Of a DNA stretch of 64,000 bases, positions 1 to 8,848 are shown one piece after another. The stretch comes from Actinomycetales bacterium (lineage in GTDB: Bacteria > Actinomycetota > Actinomycetes > Actinomycetales > Microbacteriaceae): NCBI GenBank assembly GCA_038243605.1, contig JBBSQX010000011.1:2531-66530 (forward strand), read 5' to 3'. A model generated the notes under the pieces. The model saw only the letters and a list, made by a program, of their open reading frames with translations, had not been told where the DNA came from and made no database searches. How positions within the stretch are numbered: position 1 is the stretch's first letter; every line of letters starts with the position of its first letter. The position numbers were made by a program, and so were the translations under genes.

Positions 1-62
1 GGTGTTATCGCGTGCTGCTGGCTTCGAGACGATCGCTTCGCGATCCCTCCGCCAGCGGGGCC

Positions 63-105
63 CCGTTCCCTGAGGAGGCCCGTAGGGCCGTCTCGAAGGG
101 AACGG
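63..105 (-). promoter_or_regulatory. GC-rich stem-loop just downstream of rpsG (rpsG-fusA spacer)
   Basis: A perfect 9-bp outer stem, CCGTTCCCT (63-71) / AGGGAACGG (97-105), encloses an inner GGCCC-GTA-GGGCC (77-89). It starts 10 nt after the rpsG stop. No U-tract follows on the transcribed strand, so this is an attenuator or stability hairpin rather than a clean terminator. Confidence 0.4.
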
Positions 106-114
106 AGCTAACTG

Positions 115-585
115 CTACCAGCGGTAATGTGCGAAGGCGCGGTTCGACTCGGCCATCTTGTGAGTGTCTTCACGACGCTTCACGGCAGCGCCGAGACCAT
201 TGGACGCATCCAGAATCTCGTTGGTGAGACGTTCGGTCATGGTCTTCTCGCGACGAGCCTTTGCGTAGGTGGTGAGCCAACGCAGCGCGAGAGTGTTCGC
301 ACGATGAGGCTTTACTTCGATCGGCACCTGGTACGTCGAGCCACCGACACGGCGACTCTTGACCTCGATGGTGGGGCGAACGTTGTCGAGGGCCTTTTTC
401 AAGGTGACGACGGCATCCGCACCGTTCTTCGCGGCAACGCCGGCGAGTGCGTCGTAAACGATGCGCTCGGCGAGAGCCTTCTTGCCGTCAAGCAGAATCT
501 TGTTGACGAGCTGGCTGACAATGGGGGCGCCGTATACCGGGTCGTTGACGACGGGGCGCTTGGGGGCTGGTCCTTTACGAGGCAT
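115..585 (-). CDS. rpsG: 30S ribosomal protein S7
   Basis: 156-aa [22 protein letters not shown]...[21 protein letters not shown]...NRAFAHYRW is full-length S7. Its ATG overlaps the rpsL stop by 1 nt (TAATG). Confidence 0.98.
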   Translation of the reverse strand: MPRKGPAPKRPVVNDPVYGAPIVSQLVNKILLDGKKALAERIVYDALAGVAAKNGADAVVTLKKALDNVRPTIEVKSRRVGGSTYQVPIEVKPHRANTLALRWLTTYAKARREKTMTERLTNEILDASNGLGAAVKRREDTHKMAESNRAFAHYRW

Positions 586-959
586 TACTTCTTGTCCTTC
601 TTGGCGCCGTAGTGGCTACGACCCTGCTTGCGGCCCTTGACGGCCTGGGTGTCGAGGGCGCCACGAACGATCTTGTAGCGAACGCCTGGGAGGTCTTTCA
701 CACGGCCGCCGCGGATGAGCACCATCGAGTGCTCCTGCAGGTTGTGACCTTCGCCTGGGATGTAGGCGGTGACCTCTGTGCCGTTGGAGAGCTTGACACG
801 AGCGACCTTGCGCAGAGCCGAGTTCGGCTTCTTTGGCGTGGTCGTGTAGACGCGGGTGCACACACCGCGCTGTTGAGGGTTGGACTTAAGAGCGGGTGTC
901 TTGCTCTTAACGACCTTCGGCGTACGGCCCTTTCGAACCAATTGCTGAATGGTTGGCAC
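585..959 (-). CDS. rpsL: 30S ribosomal protein S12
   Basis: [12 protein letters not shown]...[19 protein letters not shown]...[20 protein letters not shown] start at 957-959 checked on the sequence. The 34-aa upstream extension in the ORF track is not S12-like. Lys at the PKKPNS and RVKDLPG positions is wild type. Confidence 0.97.
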   Translation of the reverse strand: MPTIQQLVRKGRTPKVVKSKTPALKSNPQQRGVCTRVYTTTPKKPNSALRKVARVKLSNGTEVTAYIPGEGHNLQEHSMVLIRGGRVKDLPGVRYKIVRGALDTQAVKGRKQGRSHYGAKKDKK

Positions 960-1283
960 TGATGTAACTCCTTGAATTGACTGCACGGTGACAGTTACTG
1001 CTGCTCGCCGCCGACACGTTGAAATCCGCTGCGCCGAACGACGTGACCCACCGTGGAACACTGTGCCCTTGAGAACACTGTGTTTCTGGCGTGTGTGGTG
1101 AGTATGCCGTGGGGGTGCGATGCGAACCTCGATGGTTTGCTCGAACCCAATTCTGGTTGGTGCCTCAGTGCTCGCCGTTCTGTGGTTTTGGGCACAGTAG
1201 GGCGCGCGTGAAAGCGCACACCTGAAGAAGACTAGTCGCTCACACGTTCGTGGTCAAATGTTTCGCAGCAAACTCTTACCCGG

Positions 1284-1763
1284 TCACCGCGCTTGAGATC
1301 GAGCGAGGGAGATCAGCGGGAGCATCAGCACCGTGATGACGGCGAGAAGCGTGGCGACGAGCACAAACGGGTTCACAAGGTAACGAACGAAAAACGGCAT
1401 CCCCGACAGGATCTGTTCTTGCCCGAGCGAGTAAACAATGGACCCGACAGCGGGGCCGAGTATCAAAACAGCCAACCCGGTAAGGATGGCCCGGCCCACC
1501 GGGATTCGCCTGCGCCCGAGGGCCGGCCGCAACCCAGAAAGTACAGACACAAACACCACGCACAACGCCGCGAATGTCATGATGGGGCCCACCAGGGGGC
1601 CGGCATCCGTTTCGGCGATCACATTCTGGTCACTGAGCAGGCTGATCAGCCCATCGATGGCGAACAGGATCGCCCCGTATAACACGGCCACCATGACCGC
1701 GACGAGAAGCGCCCGCGAAAACGAGCCGGAGTGGGTCGGCTCAGGCGGCCGATGCTCCGCCAA
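1284..1763 (-). CDS. Small polytopic membrane protein, unknown function (last gene of the pilus string)
   Basis: ORF with about four hydrophobic segments (ALLVAVMVAVLYGAILFAI..., LVGPIMTFAALCVVFVSVL..., AILTGLAVLILGPAVG..., FVLVATLLAVITVLMLPLI). Start is uncertain: TTG at 1763 overlaps the upstream gene, and ATG at 1694 would begin inside a TM helix. Confidence 0.5.
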   Translation of the reverse strand: MAEHRPPEPTHSGSFSRALLVAVMVAVLYGAILFAIDGLISLLSDQNVIAETDAGPLVGPIMTFAALCVVFVSVLSGLRPALGRRRIPVGRAILTGLAVLILGPAVGSIVYSLGQEQILSGMPFFVRYLVNPFVLVATLLAVITVLMLPLISLARSQAR

Positions 1764-2685
1764 ATTCCGCTCTCTTCTGCGCCTCTTCGTGCTCGAAGGA
1801 CTGCCACGCGTCGTAGTTGCGTTCGCGCACCTTGCGGCCACGCTTGGCGATCACAGCACCAAACCAGATCGCACACTCGCGCGCAATAAGCGCTGCGGCG
1901 ATGAGCGCTGGCGAGATTGCAAGCCTCTGGAACTCAGCCGTTGCCGCAGACGCTGTCATTCCGAAACCGCCCTGAATGAGCAAGAAGACGCCGATCGAGG
2001 CGAAGTAGGTGACGGCGGCGATCACGAAGGACCCGATGACCCACGACCACCAGCTTGCGCGATTGGCCAGAAGTGCCCACAGGCTCATCACGACCAGGAA
2101 CGCGAGCACAGGAATAAAGAACAGTGGACTCACCACGAACGAACTCAGCGCGCTCGCCACAACGTTTGGATCAAGTGACAGGAGAAGAATCGCCACAATC
2201 CCCACATACACTGCCGCGAAGACGACCGCGGCGAGTACTGACATCAGAATTCCCACGCCACGGTTACCCTTGGGGCGCGGTGGTGTCGGCGCTGTTACAT
2301 AGACGGTTTGCACGGGAGCGTGAACGGGGGTCACTTCGCCGGTCGCACTAGAAACGACAGGGGTGATCTCACCCGTCGCACCGCTCGCGACATGGGCAAC
2401 CTCACCCGTCGCACCGCTCGCCACCGGGGTGACCTCACCCGTCGCACGGCTCTCGACGGGGGTGGAAACCTCGGTGAGCACTACCTCATCCGCTGGGGTC
2501 ACTGCCTTGTGTGCCGGCGTAGCCGTCGTCACAACAACAGGCTCAGCATTCGTACCCACCGCAGACTCAGAACTGAAATCAGGACTACTGACCCCGTCTG
2601 CCGTTGTCGGAGTCTCGACCGCAGTCGGCTGTTCCGGTGCGGTCTCGTCAGGTGTTACATTCTTGGCGTTCATCCGTACCTCCAC
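1741..2685 (-). CDS. Membrane protein with N-terminal tandem 11-aa repeats and a C-terminal multi-TM domain, unknown function
   Basis: 314-aa ORF, 73 nt downstream of pilO on the same strand. The N-terminal soluble part carries (S/R)xATGE(V/I)xxV(A/V) x4, followed by 5-6 hydrophobic helices. Confidence 0.6.
   Translation of the reverse strand: MEVRMNAKNVTPDETAPEQPTAVETPTTADGVSSPDFSSESAVGTNAEPVVVTTATPAHKAVTPADEVVLTEVSTPVESRATGEVTPVASGATGEVAHVASGATGEITPVVSSATGEVTPVHAPVQTVYVTAPTPPRPKGNRGVGILMSVLAAVVFAAVYVGIVAILLLSLDPNVVASALSSFVVSPLFFIPVLAFLVVMSLWALLANRASWWSWVIGSFVIAAVTYFASIGVFLLIQGGFGMTASAATAEFQRLAISPALIAAALIARECAIWFGAVIAKRGRKVRERNYDAWQSFEHEEAQKRAEFGGASAA
2323..2448 (-). repeat. In-frame 33-bp tandem repeat (4 copies) inside the 314-aa membrane protein gene
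   Basis: Encodes RATGEVTPVA / SGATGEVAHVA / SGATGEITPVV / SSATGEVTPV. The repeated ...cctcacccgtcgcaccgctcgc... units are visible on the plus strand. Confidence 0.7.
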
Positions 2686-2758
2686 ATGCCGGGGCTGAGT
2701 GGCCCGGTCAGGTCACTCTAGCAATTGATGCGGTGGTTGCGACAGGTGGAGGTTATGG

Positions 2759-3415
2759 CTACGGCGTTGGTGTCGCCGTAGGTTCAGGTGTCACCGGCGC
2801 AATGGGAGTGACGGTGGGCGGTGGAGCTGACGGGTCGACGAGTACGTAAACAAAGCCCGTAATGCTTCCCGAATAGCCCTGTTCGGCATCGCTTCCAGAT
2901 TGCAGACTGAAGGAATTGATCAGAAACAACCTCTTGCCAAACTGAAGGTCATGCACAAAGTCAAGAACCTGCTCCTTGGTTCCTGAAACCTTGAGGCCGA
3001 CACCAATCACGATGACGTTCTCTGAAGTCACCAGCGGACTCGTGACCGTGTCCGTTCCATTGGGAACAGACACAAACGGCACGCCCTCGCCTGCAGAGAA
3101 TGACGTCAGTTGCACACCGCTCATCACTTCGAGTTCGTGCAACTGACCCAGAAAGGAAGAAAGGTCGCCATCTGGAGGCAGCTGCAGCTGTATCTCTTTA
3201 AGATCGCTCTTGATCGAATCAATCTTTTCGGAATCGCTTTTGAGCTGGTCGAGAGTCTGTTGAAACCCGGCGTTTTGCGTCTCGACATTGGCGCGCTGAG
3301 TCTCGGCGGCATTCGCCTCATCGATCTTTGGTGAGATGCCAAGGAACCATCCCATGAGAAGCACAGCAGCACTGACGACAAATGCAATGAGCATCCAGAA
3401 CCTGCTATTAATCAC
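2759..3415 (-). CDS. pilO: Type IV pilus assembly protein, PilO-like
   Basis: N-terminal TM (FWMLIAFVVSAAVLLMGWFL), a coiled-coil segment, then a ferredoxin-like C-terminal part. It sits after pilM-pilN. The GTG at 3415 is preceded by GGAGG. There is a Pro/Thr-rich C-terminal tail. Confidence 0.65.
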   Translation of the reverse strand: MINSRFWMLIAFVVSAAVLLMGWFLGISPKIDEANAAETQRANVETQNAGFQQTLDQLKSDSEKIDSIKSDLKEIQLQLPPDGDLSSFLGQLHELEVMSGVQLTSFSAGEGVPFVSVPNGTDTVTSPLVTSENVIVIGVGLKVSGTKEQVLDFVHDLQFGKRLFLINSFSLQSGSDAEQGYSGSITGFVYVLVDPSAPPPTVTPIAPVTPEPTATPTP

Positions 3416-4226
3416 CGGAACCTCCTTCTGGAGCGTCGGAACTACTAGGGGTAGGATCTGAGACTTCTGTTGGTATTGGAGCAGGTGGCGACGTGACTTC
3501 TACCCCATTTTCCGCATCCTTCGCCTTCTTGGCTTCAGCGATTGCCGCATCCCGTGCATCCCTAAGCTCTTTATCGTAACGGAGCAAAAGTACGTCCTTA
3601 TTGATGTGCATAGTGATGCTCACCTGATAAACTGCGTCGCCTTGCAAGCTCACGTTGCCTGGTGCCGCGTCCACAAAACCTGGCAATGTGGCGAGAGATT
3701 GAAGCCAATTCTCGACATCAGGCAAAGATGCACTCGTCGCCGTGAACGTTAGCTCTCCGATGCGGTCGCCTTGCAGAGGCACGGAGGGTTGCGAAAACGG
3801 TTCCACGGGTGTAGCTGCCTGAGCATTAACGTTTGTGACAACCGTGCCAGCGGGAAGAATGGCCTCGATCTTCTGGAAGTAGTCCTTCCAGTCAATTTCC
3901 GTGGATGTTGCCACAATTCGCGCGGCGGATGCCGTTTGAAGAAGTGACTTGACGCTTCGCACTTCAGTGAACTCAGCCTGCGCGGCCAAGAGATCCTCGG
4001 TGCGCTGTTCTGCTGCATTCAGTTGCGCTTGAGCAGCGACCGCGTAGAGCATTGCGCCTGCGTACCCCACCACGACCAGAATGGCGGCGAGAATGACGAT
4101 CGCCACAGCATTGCGACGGACAACTTTGCCATGCGCTGCGGTTCCCACTTCTGGCGGCAATAAATTCGCGCGAGCTGGGCCACCAATAATAAGACTGCTG
4201 CCTGGCTTGCCGCTTCCTCTACTCAT
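3408..4226 (-). CDS. pilN: Type IV pilus assembly protein, PilN-like
   Basis: N-terminal ...ANLLPPEV... motif followed by a single TM and a periplasmic-type domain. ATGA overlap with the pilM stop (4223-4226). Confidence 0.65.
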   Translation of the reverse strand: MSRGSGKPGSSLIIGGPARANLLPPEVGTAAHGKVVRRNAVAIVILAAILVVVGYAGAMLYAVAAQAQLNAAEQRTEDLLAAQAEFTEVRSVKSLLQTASAARIVATSTEIDWKDYFQKIEAILPAGTVVTNVNAQAATPVEPFSQPSVPLQGDRIGELTFTATSASLPDVENWLQSLATLPGFVDAAPGNVSLQGDAVYQVSITMHINKDVLLLRYDKELRDARDAAIAEAKKAKDAENGVEVTSPPAPIPTEVSDPTPSSSDAPEGGSGD

Positions 4227-5269
4227 GCCGCCGCACCGCCCAACGCTAGGCCCAGTGCAACATTCATACCGAGCTGGCTCTGTGAACCCCGTGAGGCTTC
4301 GCGCGAGACATCAATACTCCCAAATGTGTCACCGATCACCACCGGAATACGTGTCATCTCGGACAGGGCATCGGCAAAGCCGAGAAGCTGCGCGCCACCG
4401 CCCGTAAGCACGATACCTGAGTACTGTTCGTTTTGACGGGTGTTGGCGAAGTAACCAAGCGTGTTCTTGAGGCTACTTAAGAGGTTGCTTGTCACTTCGC
4501 GGATGATCGACACCGCCTCGGTGTTCTCAGCCGACACTGTCACGCCGCCAAGTCCCAACGTTCGCTTCAAATTCTCCGCTTGGTCTTCGGGGACGCTCAG
4601 CCTATCTCCGAGCGCAGCGGTCAGGTCATGCCCACCGTTGGCAATGATGCGCACAAACTGCGGAACCCCGCTGCTTGTGACAATCACGTTGGTTGTGCGT
4701 GCACCAACATCAATGTGCGCCACATTGCCGATCATGCGCGACGGAGATGTCAGCCGCGTCAAGGCGAACGGTATGAGGTCAACTCCTACTGGGTTTAGTC
4801 CAGCGAGCTGAACAGACTTCACATTGGCAAGAACGGAACTCTTAATGGCGGCGACGAGGAGCCCGTTGACTACCGGGCCCGTGTCGCTGGCGCTTTCGGA
4901 AATGGGGTAAAAGTCGAGAAGGGCATCTGCCACAGGAACAGGAAGCATTTCTTGCACCTGCGTCGGGAGCGACTCCCTGATTTCTGCGTGGCTCAGCTTA
5001 GGAACGGTCAGGTCGCGCACTAGCACCTTAGCGTTGCCGACACCCAGCACGACATCTTTACTGCTGAACTTCGCGGCACTCCACAATTGCTTGAGGGCAG
5101 CCGAAACAGTATTGACTTCGACAACTTCACCATTCTTGACGGCGCCCTCTGGCAATGGAAATGAAAAGAACCTCGTGACGCTCGGGTGCTTAGTTCCTAC
5201 CCCCGACACCTCGACAGCCCTAATATTTGTGGCGCCGAGATCGACCCCAACGATTTGAGTGCTGGCCAT
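4223..5269 (-). CDS. pilM: Type IV pilus assembly ATPase-fold protein PilM
   Basis: MASTQIVGVDLGATNIRAVEVSG... is an actin/FtsA-like fold. ATG at 5267-5269 checked. The 116-aa upstream extension in the ORF track overlaps pilD and is rejected. Confidence 0.85.
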   Translation of the reverse strand: MASTQIVGVDLGATNIRAVEVSGVGTKHPSVTRFFSFPLPEGAVKNGEVVEVNTVSAALKQLWSAAKFSSKDVVLGVGNAKVLVRDLTVPKLSHAEIRESLPTQVQEMLPVPVADALLDFYPISESASDTGPVVNGLLVAAIKSSVLANVKSVQLAGLNPVGVDLIPFALTRLTSPSRMIGNVAHIDVGARTTNVIVTSSGVPQFVRIIANGGHDLTAALGDRLSVPEDQAENLKRTLGLGGVTVSAENTEAVSIIREVTSNLLSSLKNTLGYFANTRQNEQYSGIVLTGGGAQLLGFADALSEMTRIPVVIGDTFGSIDVSREASRGSQSQLGMNVALGLALGGAAA

Positions 5270-5277
5270 CACGTCCC

Positions 5278-6102
5278 CTAACTGATTCCGACCAGTGCGA
5301 GATACCACTCCGATATCTCGTTGCCGCAGAAGATTCCCACCCATGCGCCTAAAAGCATCCAAGGCCCAAATGGAATTCCTGACTTTCGCGTCGCTTTGCC
5401 GGTTAACAGCAGAGCGATGGAAAAGACTCCCCCCAACAAGAATGCAGCAAACGCGCCCACAATCAAAGAACCCCATCCGAGGTACCCCAGTGCCATGCCC
5501 ACGAGGGCCGCCAGTTTCACATCTCCGAACCCCATGCCCTGTGGATAGATCAGGACGAGGGTGAAGTAGAAGATGAAGAGCGCCACGCCACCAACAATCG
5601 CCCACAACAGCGTCCACCAGTCACCACTACCGAAACTGGCGAGCGCGAGAAGCGCGGGCATGATGACGAGAGACGGAACCACGATGCGGTTCGGAAGCTT
5701 TCGAGTGTCGAGATCAATGAGGGTAAGAGCCACACTCACCGCAGCAAAATAAAGATAAGCCGGCGTGCGCCAGATTCCTGCTGGCAAAATTAGTGCCCAC
5801 AGTGTGACCCCGACGAAAATGAGGGCGGTACTAAATTCAACCAGCGGGTACCGAGGTGAAATCGGCTCGTGGCAGTCTCGACACTTCCCTCTTAGCACTA
5901 GCCAGGAGAGCACCGGAATATTGTCGTACGCGCGGATAGCGTGGCCGCACTTCGGGCACGCACTCGGTGGCGCGCTGAGCGATCCGCCTCGAGGAACGCG
6001 CCACACCACCACGTTCAGAAAGGATCCAACGGCGAGACCCACAAGGCCCGCAAAGACTGCGGCTCCGATAATTAACGGTGCCGTGAATTGGGTCCAGATC
6101 AA
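5278..6102 (-). CDS. pilD: Prepilin peptidase / N-methyltransferase (A24 family)
   Basis: CPKCGH...CRDCHEPISPRYPLVE zinc-binding N-terminal domain. Catalytic Asp motifs IDLDTRKLP and GFGDVKL. Multi-TM. Confidence 0.95.
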   Translation of the reverse strand: MIWTQFTAPLIIGAAVFAGLVGLAVGSFLNVVVWRVPRGGSLSAPPSACPKCGHAIRAYDNIPVLSWLVLRGKCRDCHEPISPRYPLVEFSTALIFVGVTLWALILPAGIWRTPAYLYFAAVSVALTLIDLDTRKLPNRIVVPSLVIMPALLALASFGSGDWWTLLWAIVGGVALFIFYFTLVLIYPQGMGFGDVKLAALVGMALGYLGWGSLIVGAFAAFLLGGVFSIALLLTGKATRKSGIPFGPWMLLGAWVGIFCGNEISEWYLALVGIS

Positions 6103-8072
6103 GGAACCGGGTTCCCATTCGCATCCAACTCGACGCCATCCGCGTTGAATCCCGTCCGAACCAGTGCGTACTTCGTCACCCCGTACGTGGTCGAAATGGG
6201 AGTCAAGAACTTCGGAGGGCTAATGGCGAACAGCCGAACATCGTAGTTATACGTTTTGTCGTAGCCGTTACTGCCCGATGCAACAGTTCCGCGGAACTTC
6301 TGCGCAATTGCGCCGTTGATAGTCAACCTTCCGCGCTCTCCGCCAACGCTGTAGTTTTGCACCTGAAAAGTATGACGTACTGACATGATCGCGGCACTAA
6401 TGGTGCGATTGTTGCCGGTCAACGGGTAATAATTACTGCCGCTCTTACGCATGGGGTTCCATACCCAGACCGCGTTGTTGCCGACCAGACCGAGAACATC
6501 CGAACTGCTTTCGTCTTTGACGTTGTATTCGACGTTCGCGGTGACGTAGACATAGTTCTCGCTCGCGACAGTGATCTGGCCGTTCACCGTGCCTTTCACA
6601 TAGACATCGCCATTCGTGCAGCCGTACGATGCCGGTGCGCCGTCTTTTCCACCATTCGGCGTGGCTTCGTTGGAAAGCGGATACTGAATCGTGGTCGAGC
6701 CCGACTTCTGTAAGATCCATCCTTCGCTCACGTTCCCGCGATTATTGCAGGTGAAACCGGTGGGGTTTGCTCCCACTGTGACGGCAGGGTGCCACACCCG
6801 GTTATACCAAGGCCCCGTGTAGTAACCAGCGATCGTAGACTCTAACTCCCCATAGTTCGGGTCGTTCACGGCAGCTGGGTCAGTGTCGGCGTTCGGCACG
6901 TTTTGCACAAAGATCAAGTTCTGTTCTGGTGGAAAAAACGTCGAGCCGTCCGGCGAATGCAACTCACTCAAGACGCCACATCCTTTGACTATTCCATCAA
7001 CTCCCGCCACAGGATTTTGCGAGAGAGAAGGATTAGTCAGATTTGGCCGCGTGAATTTGGTCCATGGTGACACCACATTTATTTTGCCGTTGGCAAGAAA
7101 AGTGATCGACGTCGGGCCCGTATAGAGGCAACCTGGCCTCGTGATCTCGGGAAGGTCGAGTCGAGCCTCGTTCTTCATTCCATCATTAGTCTTTGGCATT
7201 TCTATGCGGGCAACACGCGGTATTGCTCCACCAGTATTTTTGAGATCAGAGAAACTCCCGTTGGCGCAGCCGCTACTTCCTTTTCGGTATTGAGGGGAGG
7301 TTATTGGGCTAGACGACGTGACAAGCTTCGTGAACGTAGAACCACAGACCTTAATGATGTCGTTGGAGTGCACTTTTCCATTAAGGACGTCATCCTCGCC
7401 AAATTGAATTTCGGTGCAACTTGAACCATGCCAGTTGCCATATGTTTGGCCGGTCTTAACTGCTACCCAATCACTCGGGCGCTTATTGGAATCTCCACAG
7501 TCAGTGTTGGAAAGCTCCGGATCCCTGATCTCATGGTCACTGAAGTACAGGTAGTCGATGAATCCGCTCTGTTTCAGATCAGCCACTACTGATGCTGTCT
7601 GATTCCCCACGCGGCCGGTCGAACGCACCCGCAGCGAGCCGGTACCCGAATACCGTGAATTGTCCACTTCATACCTGAAGGTGACGCGCCCATCGGTTCC
7701 TTCAATTGTTGCCCACGATCCGCCTTTTCCCACTCCGAACGCTGCGTTCTCTTTTCCGGGAGGCGGTAGTGCCACGGTTGAGTCACTGTTAGTTGCTTTC
7801 GTAAATGGGGAGAGCTTATTGCCGAATTGGTAATACGTACTGTCATTGGAAAGCCGACTGCTGTATTCGTCTATCCCGGCATAGGCCGCGGCCAAGGCCG
7901 CCGAATTATCCACATCTACGTACGCAGTTTTCACCCCAGAAAGCGAGAAGCTCAGGGCTGCGGTGATAAGGATCAGCATAGTGATCGATAATGCAAGCAC
8001 GACGACCAACGCTGCACCCGCTTCATCAGCAACCCTGCGCTTTAGCCTCTGAATCAGTGTGTTCACAATCAC
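6099..8072 (-). CDS. Large (657 aa) pilus-associated protein with a PilX-N-like hydrophobic N-terminus (pseudopilin or tip protein candidate)
   Basis: The N-terminus ...RRVADEAGAALVVVLALSITMLILITAALSF is pilin-like but lacks Glu5. The large Cys-containing, beta-rich C-terminal domain is unassigned. Coupled by overlaps to the minor pilin upstream (8069-8072) and pilD downstream (6099-6102). Confidence 0.6.
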   Translation of the reverse strand: MIVNTLIQRLKRRVADEAGAALVVVLALSITMLILITAALSFSLSGVKTAYVDVDNSAALAAAYAGIDEYSSRLSNDSTYYQFGNKLSPFTKATNSDSTVALPPPGKENAAFGVGKGGSWATIEGTDGRVTFRYEVDNSRYSGTGSLRVRSTGRVGNQTASVVADLKQSGFIDYLYFSDHEIRDPELSNTDCGDSNKRPSDWVAVKTGQTYGNWHGSSCTEIQFGEDDVLNGKVHSNDIIKVCGSTFTKLVTSSSPITSPQYRKGSSGCANGSFSDLKNTGGAIPRVARIEMPKTNDGMKNEARLDLPEITRPGCLYTGPTSITFLANGKINVVSPWTKFTRPNLTNPSLSQNPVAGVDGIVKGCGVLSELHSPDGSTFFPPEQNLIFVQNVPNADTDPAAVNDPNYGELESTIAGYYTGPWYNRVWHPAVTVGANPTGFTCNNRGNVSEGWILQKSGSTTIQYPLSNEATPNGGKDGAPASYGCTNGDVYVKGTVNGQITVASENYVYVTANVEYNVKDESSSDVLGLVGNNAVWVWNPMRKSGSNYYPLTGNNRTISAAIMSVRHTFQVQNYSVGGERGRLTINGAIAQKFRGTVASGSNGYDKTYNYDVRLFAISPPKFLTPISTTYGVTKYALVRTGFNADGVELDANGNPVP

Positions 8073-8848
8073 TTTCCCGCCATGGTTCCTAGGTTGAGCA
8101 TTCCGATTGCATTGGTAATGATCACGGGGCGATCGTCAGGACCAACGAGCGGAACCGTGTTCATCGTTACTACGACCGTGGAGATCTCTTTTCGATTTGC
8201 AAGGCTGAGACTGGAGGTTCCGGTGGGTACCAACTCCGTGCAGTGTTGAACTAGATGGTCGATGATCGACATCGAGGGCGGATTCGGTACCGAACAATCG
8301 TCAGTGAAATAGCGAAACAGTGACGTGCTAGTTCCGGTCGCAAGAAATTTGCCACCCAGCACTCGCGAACTCACCGCGGTGTTGTTTGCCGTGGAAGATA
8401 CCCCACTGAAGCTCCAGAATTGGCCGGACGCAGTCGGATTCCAGCGACGCTCAAAAACGTTACCGTCTGATTCGAGGCCAATCTTCACCATCACTGGCTT
8501 GAGCGGGCGTTCCGCCGTTGACGCGAGCCCATCAACGTCGACAAGGCTATAAACCACCAATTCCGAAGCCTTCGCTGAACTGAAGGCGGGAAGCGGATCC
8601 GCGCCGGAGAGCGGACTGTTCACCGCGAAGCGGACAACTCGGTTTAGTTCGTTCATGGCGTTGGAGGCCACCCTGGTGCCCTCGTTCACTGACTTAGAGT
8701 CATCTGTCGTTCGAACGACGCTGATATACATGTTGCTCGCCATTAGCAGAATCATCCCCAGCAGAATCATCGTGACAAGCAACTCGATAACACTCATTCC
8801 TGATTCGGCGTTGTTCTGCGAAAAAGTACGCCGAATGCGCCGGATCAC
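8069..8848 (-). CDS. Minor pilin (prepilin-type N-terminal cleavage/methylation domain)
   Basis: Leader ...NNAESG | MSVIELLVTMILLGMILL with Glu at +5. GTGA overlap with the upstream gene. Confidence 0.8.
   Translation of the reverse strand: MIRRIRRTFSQNNAESGMSVIELLVTMILLGMILLMASNMYISVVRTTDDSKSVNEGTRVASNAMNELNRVVRFAVNSPLSGADPLPAFSSAKASELVVYSLVDVDGLASTAERPLKPVMVKIGLESDGNVFERRWNPTASGQFWSFSGVSSTANNTAVSSRVLGGKFLATGTSTSLFRYFTDDCSVPNPPSMSIIDHLVQHCTELVPTGTSSLSLANRKEISTVVVTMNTVPLVGPDDRPVIITNAIGMLNLGTMAGK

Noticed and set aside
1-114. Start of fusA (EF-G) downstream of rpsG
   Set aside because: None of the three minus-strand frames in 1-114 gives the conserved EF-G N-terminus (..[26 protein letters not shown]). 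The region is treated as a spacer containing a hairpin.
12-612. Plus-strand ORFs (71 and 161 aa) overlapping rpsG
   Set aside because: They are antisense shadows of a full-length, highly conserved S7 gene. Their products are Arg/Gly-rich nonsense, typical of the high-GC opposite strand.
585-1061. Longest-ORF N-terminal extensions: S12 (to 1061), PilM (to 5617), PilC (to 12281), Esx (to 43416), FHA (to 50680), EccD2 (from 45163), S8 protease (to 44955)
   Set aside because: The extensions overlap upstream genes or add non-homologous Arg/Cys-rich sequence. Conserved N-termini with plausible RBS or overlap geometry begin at the internal starts given in the feature table.
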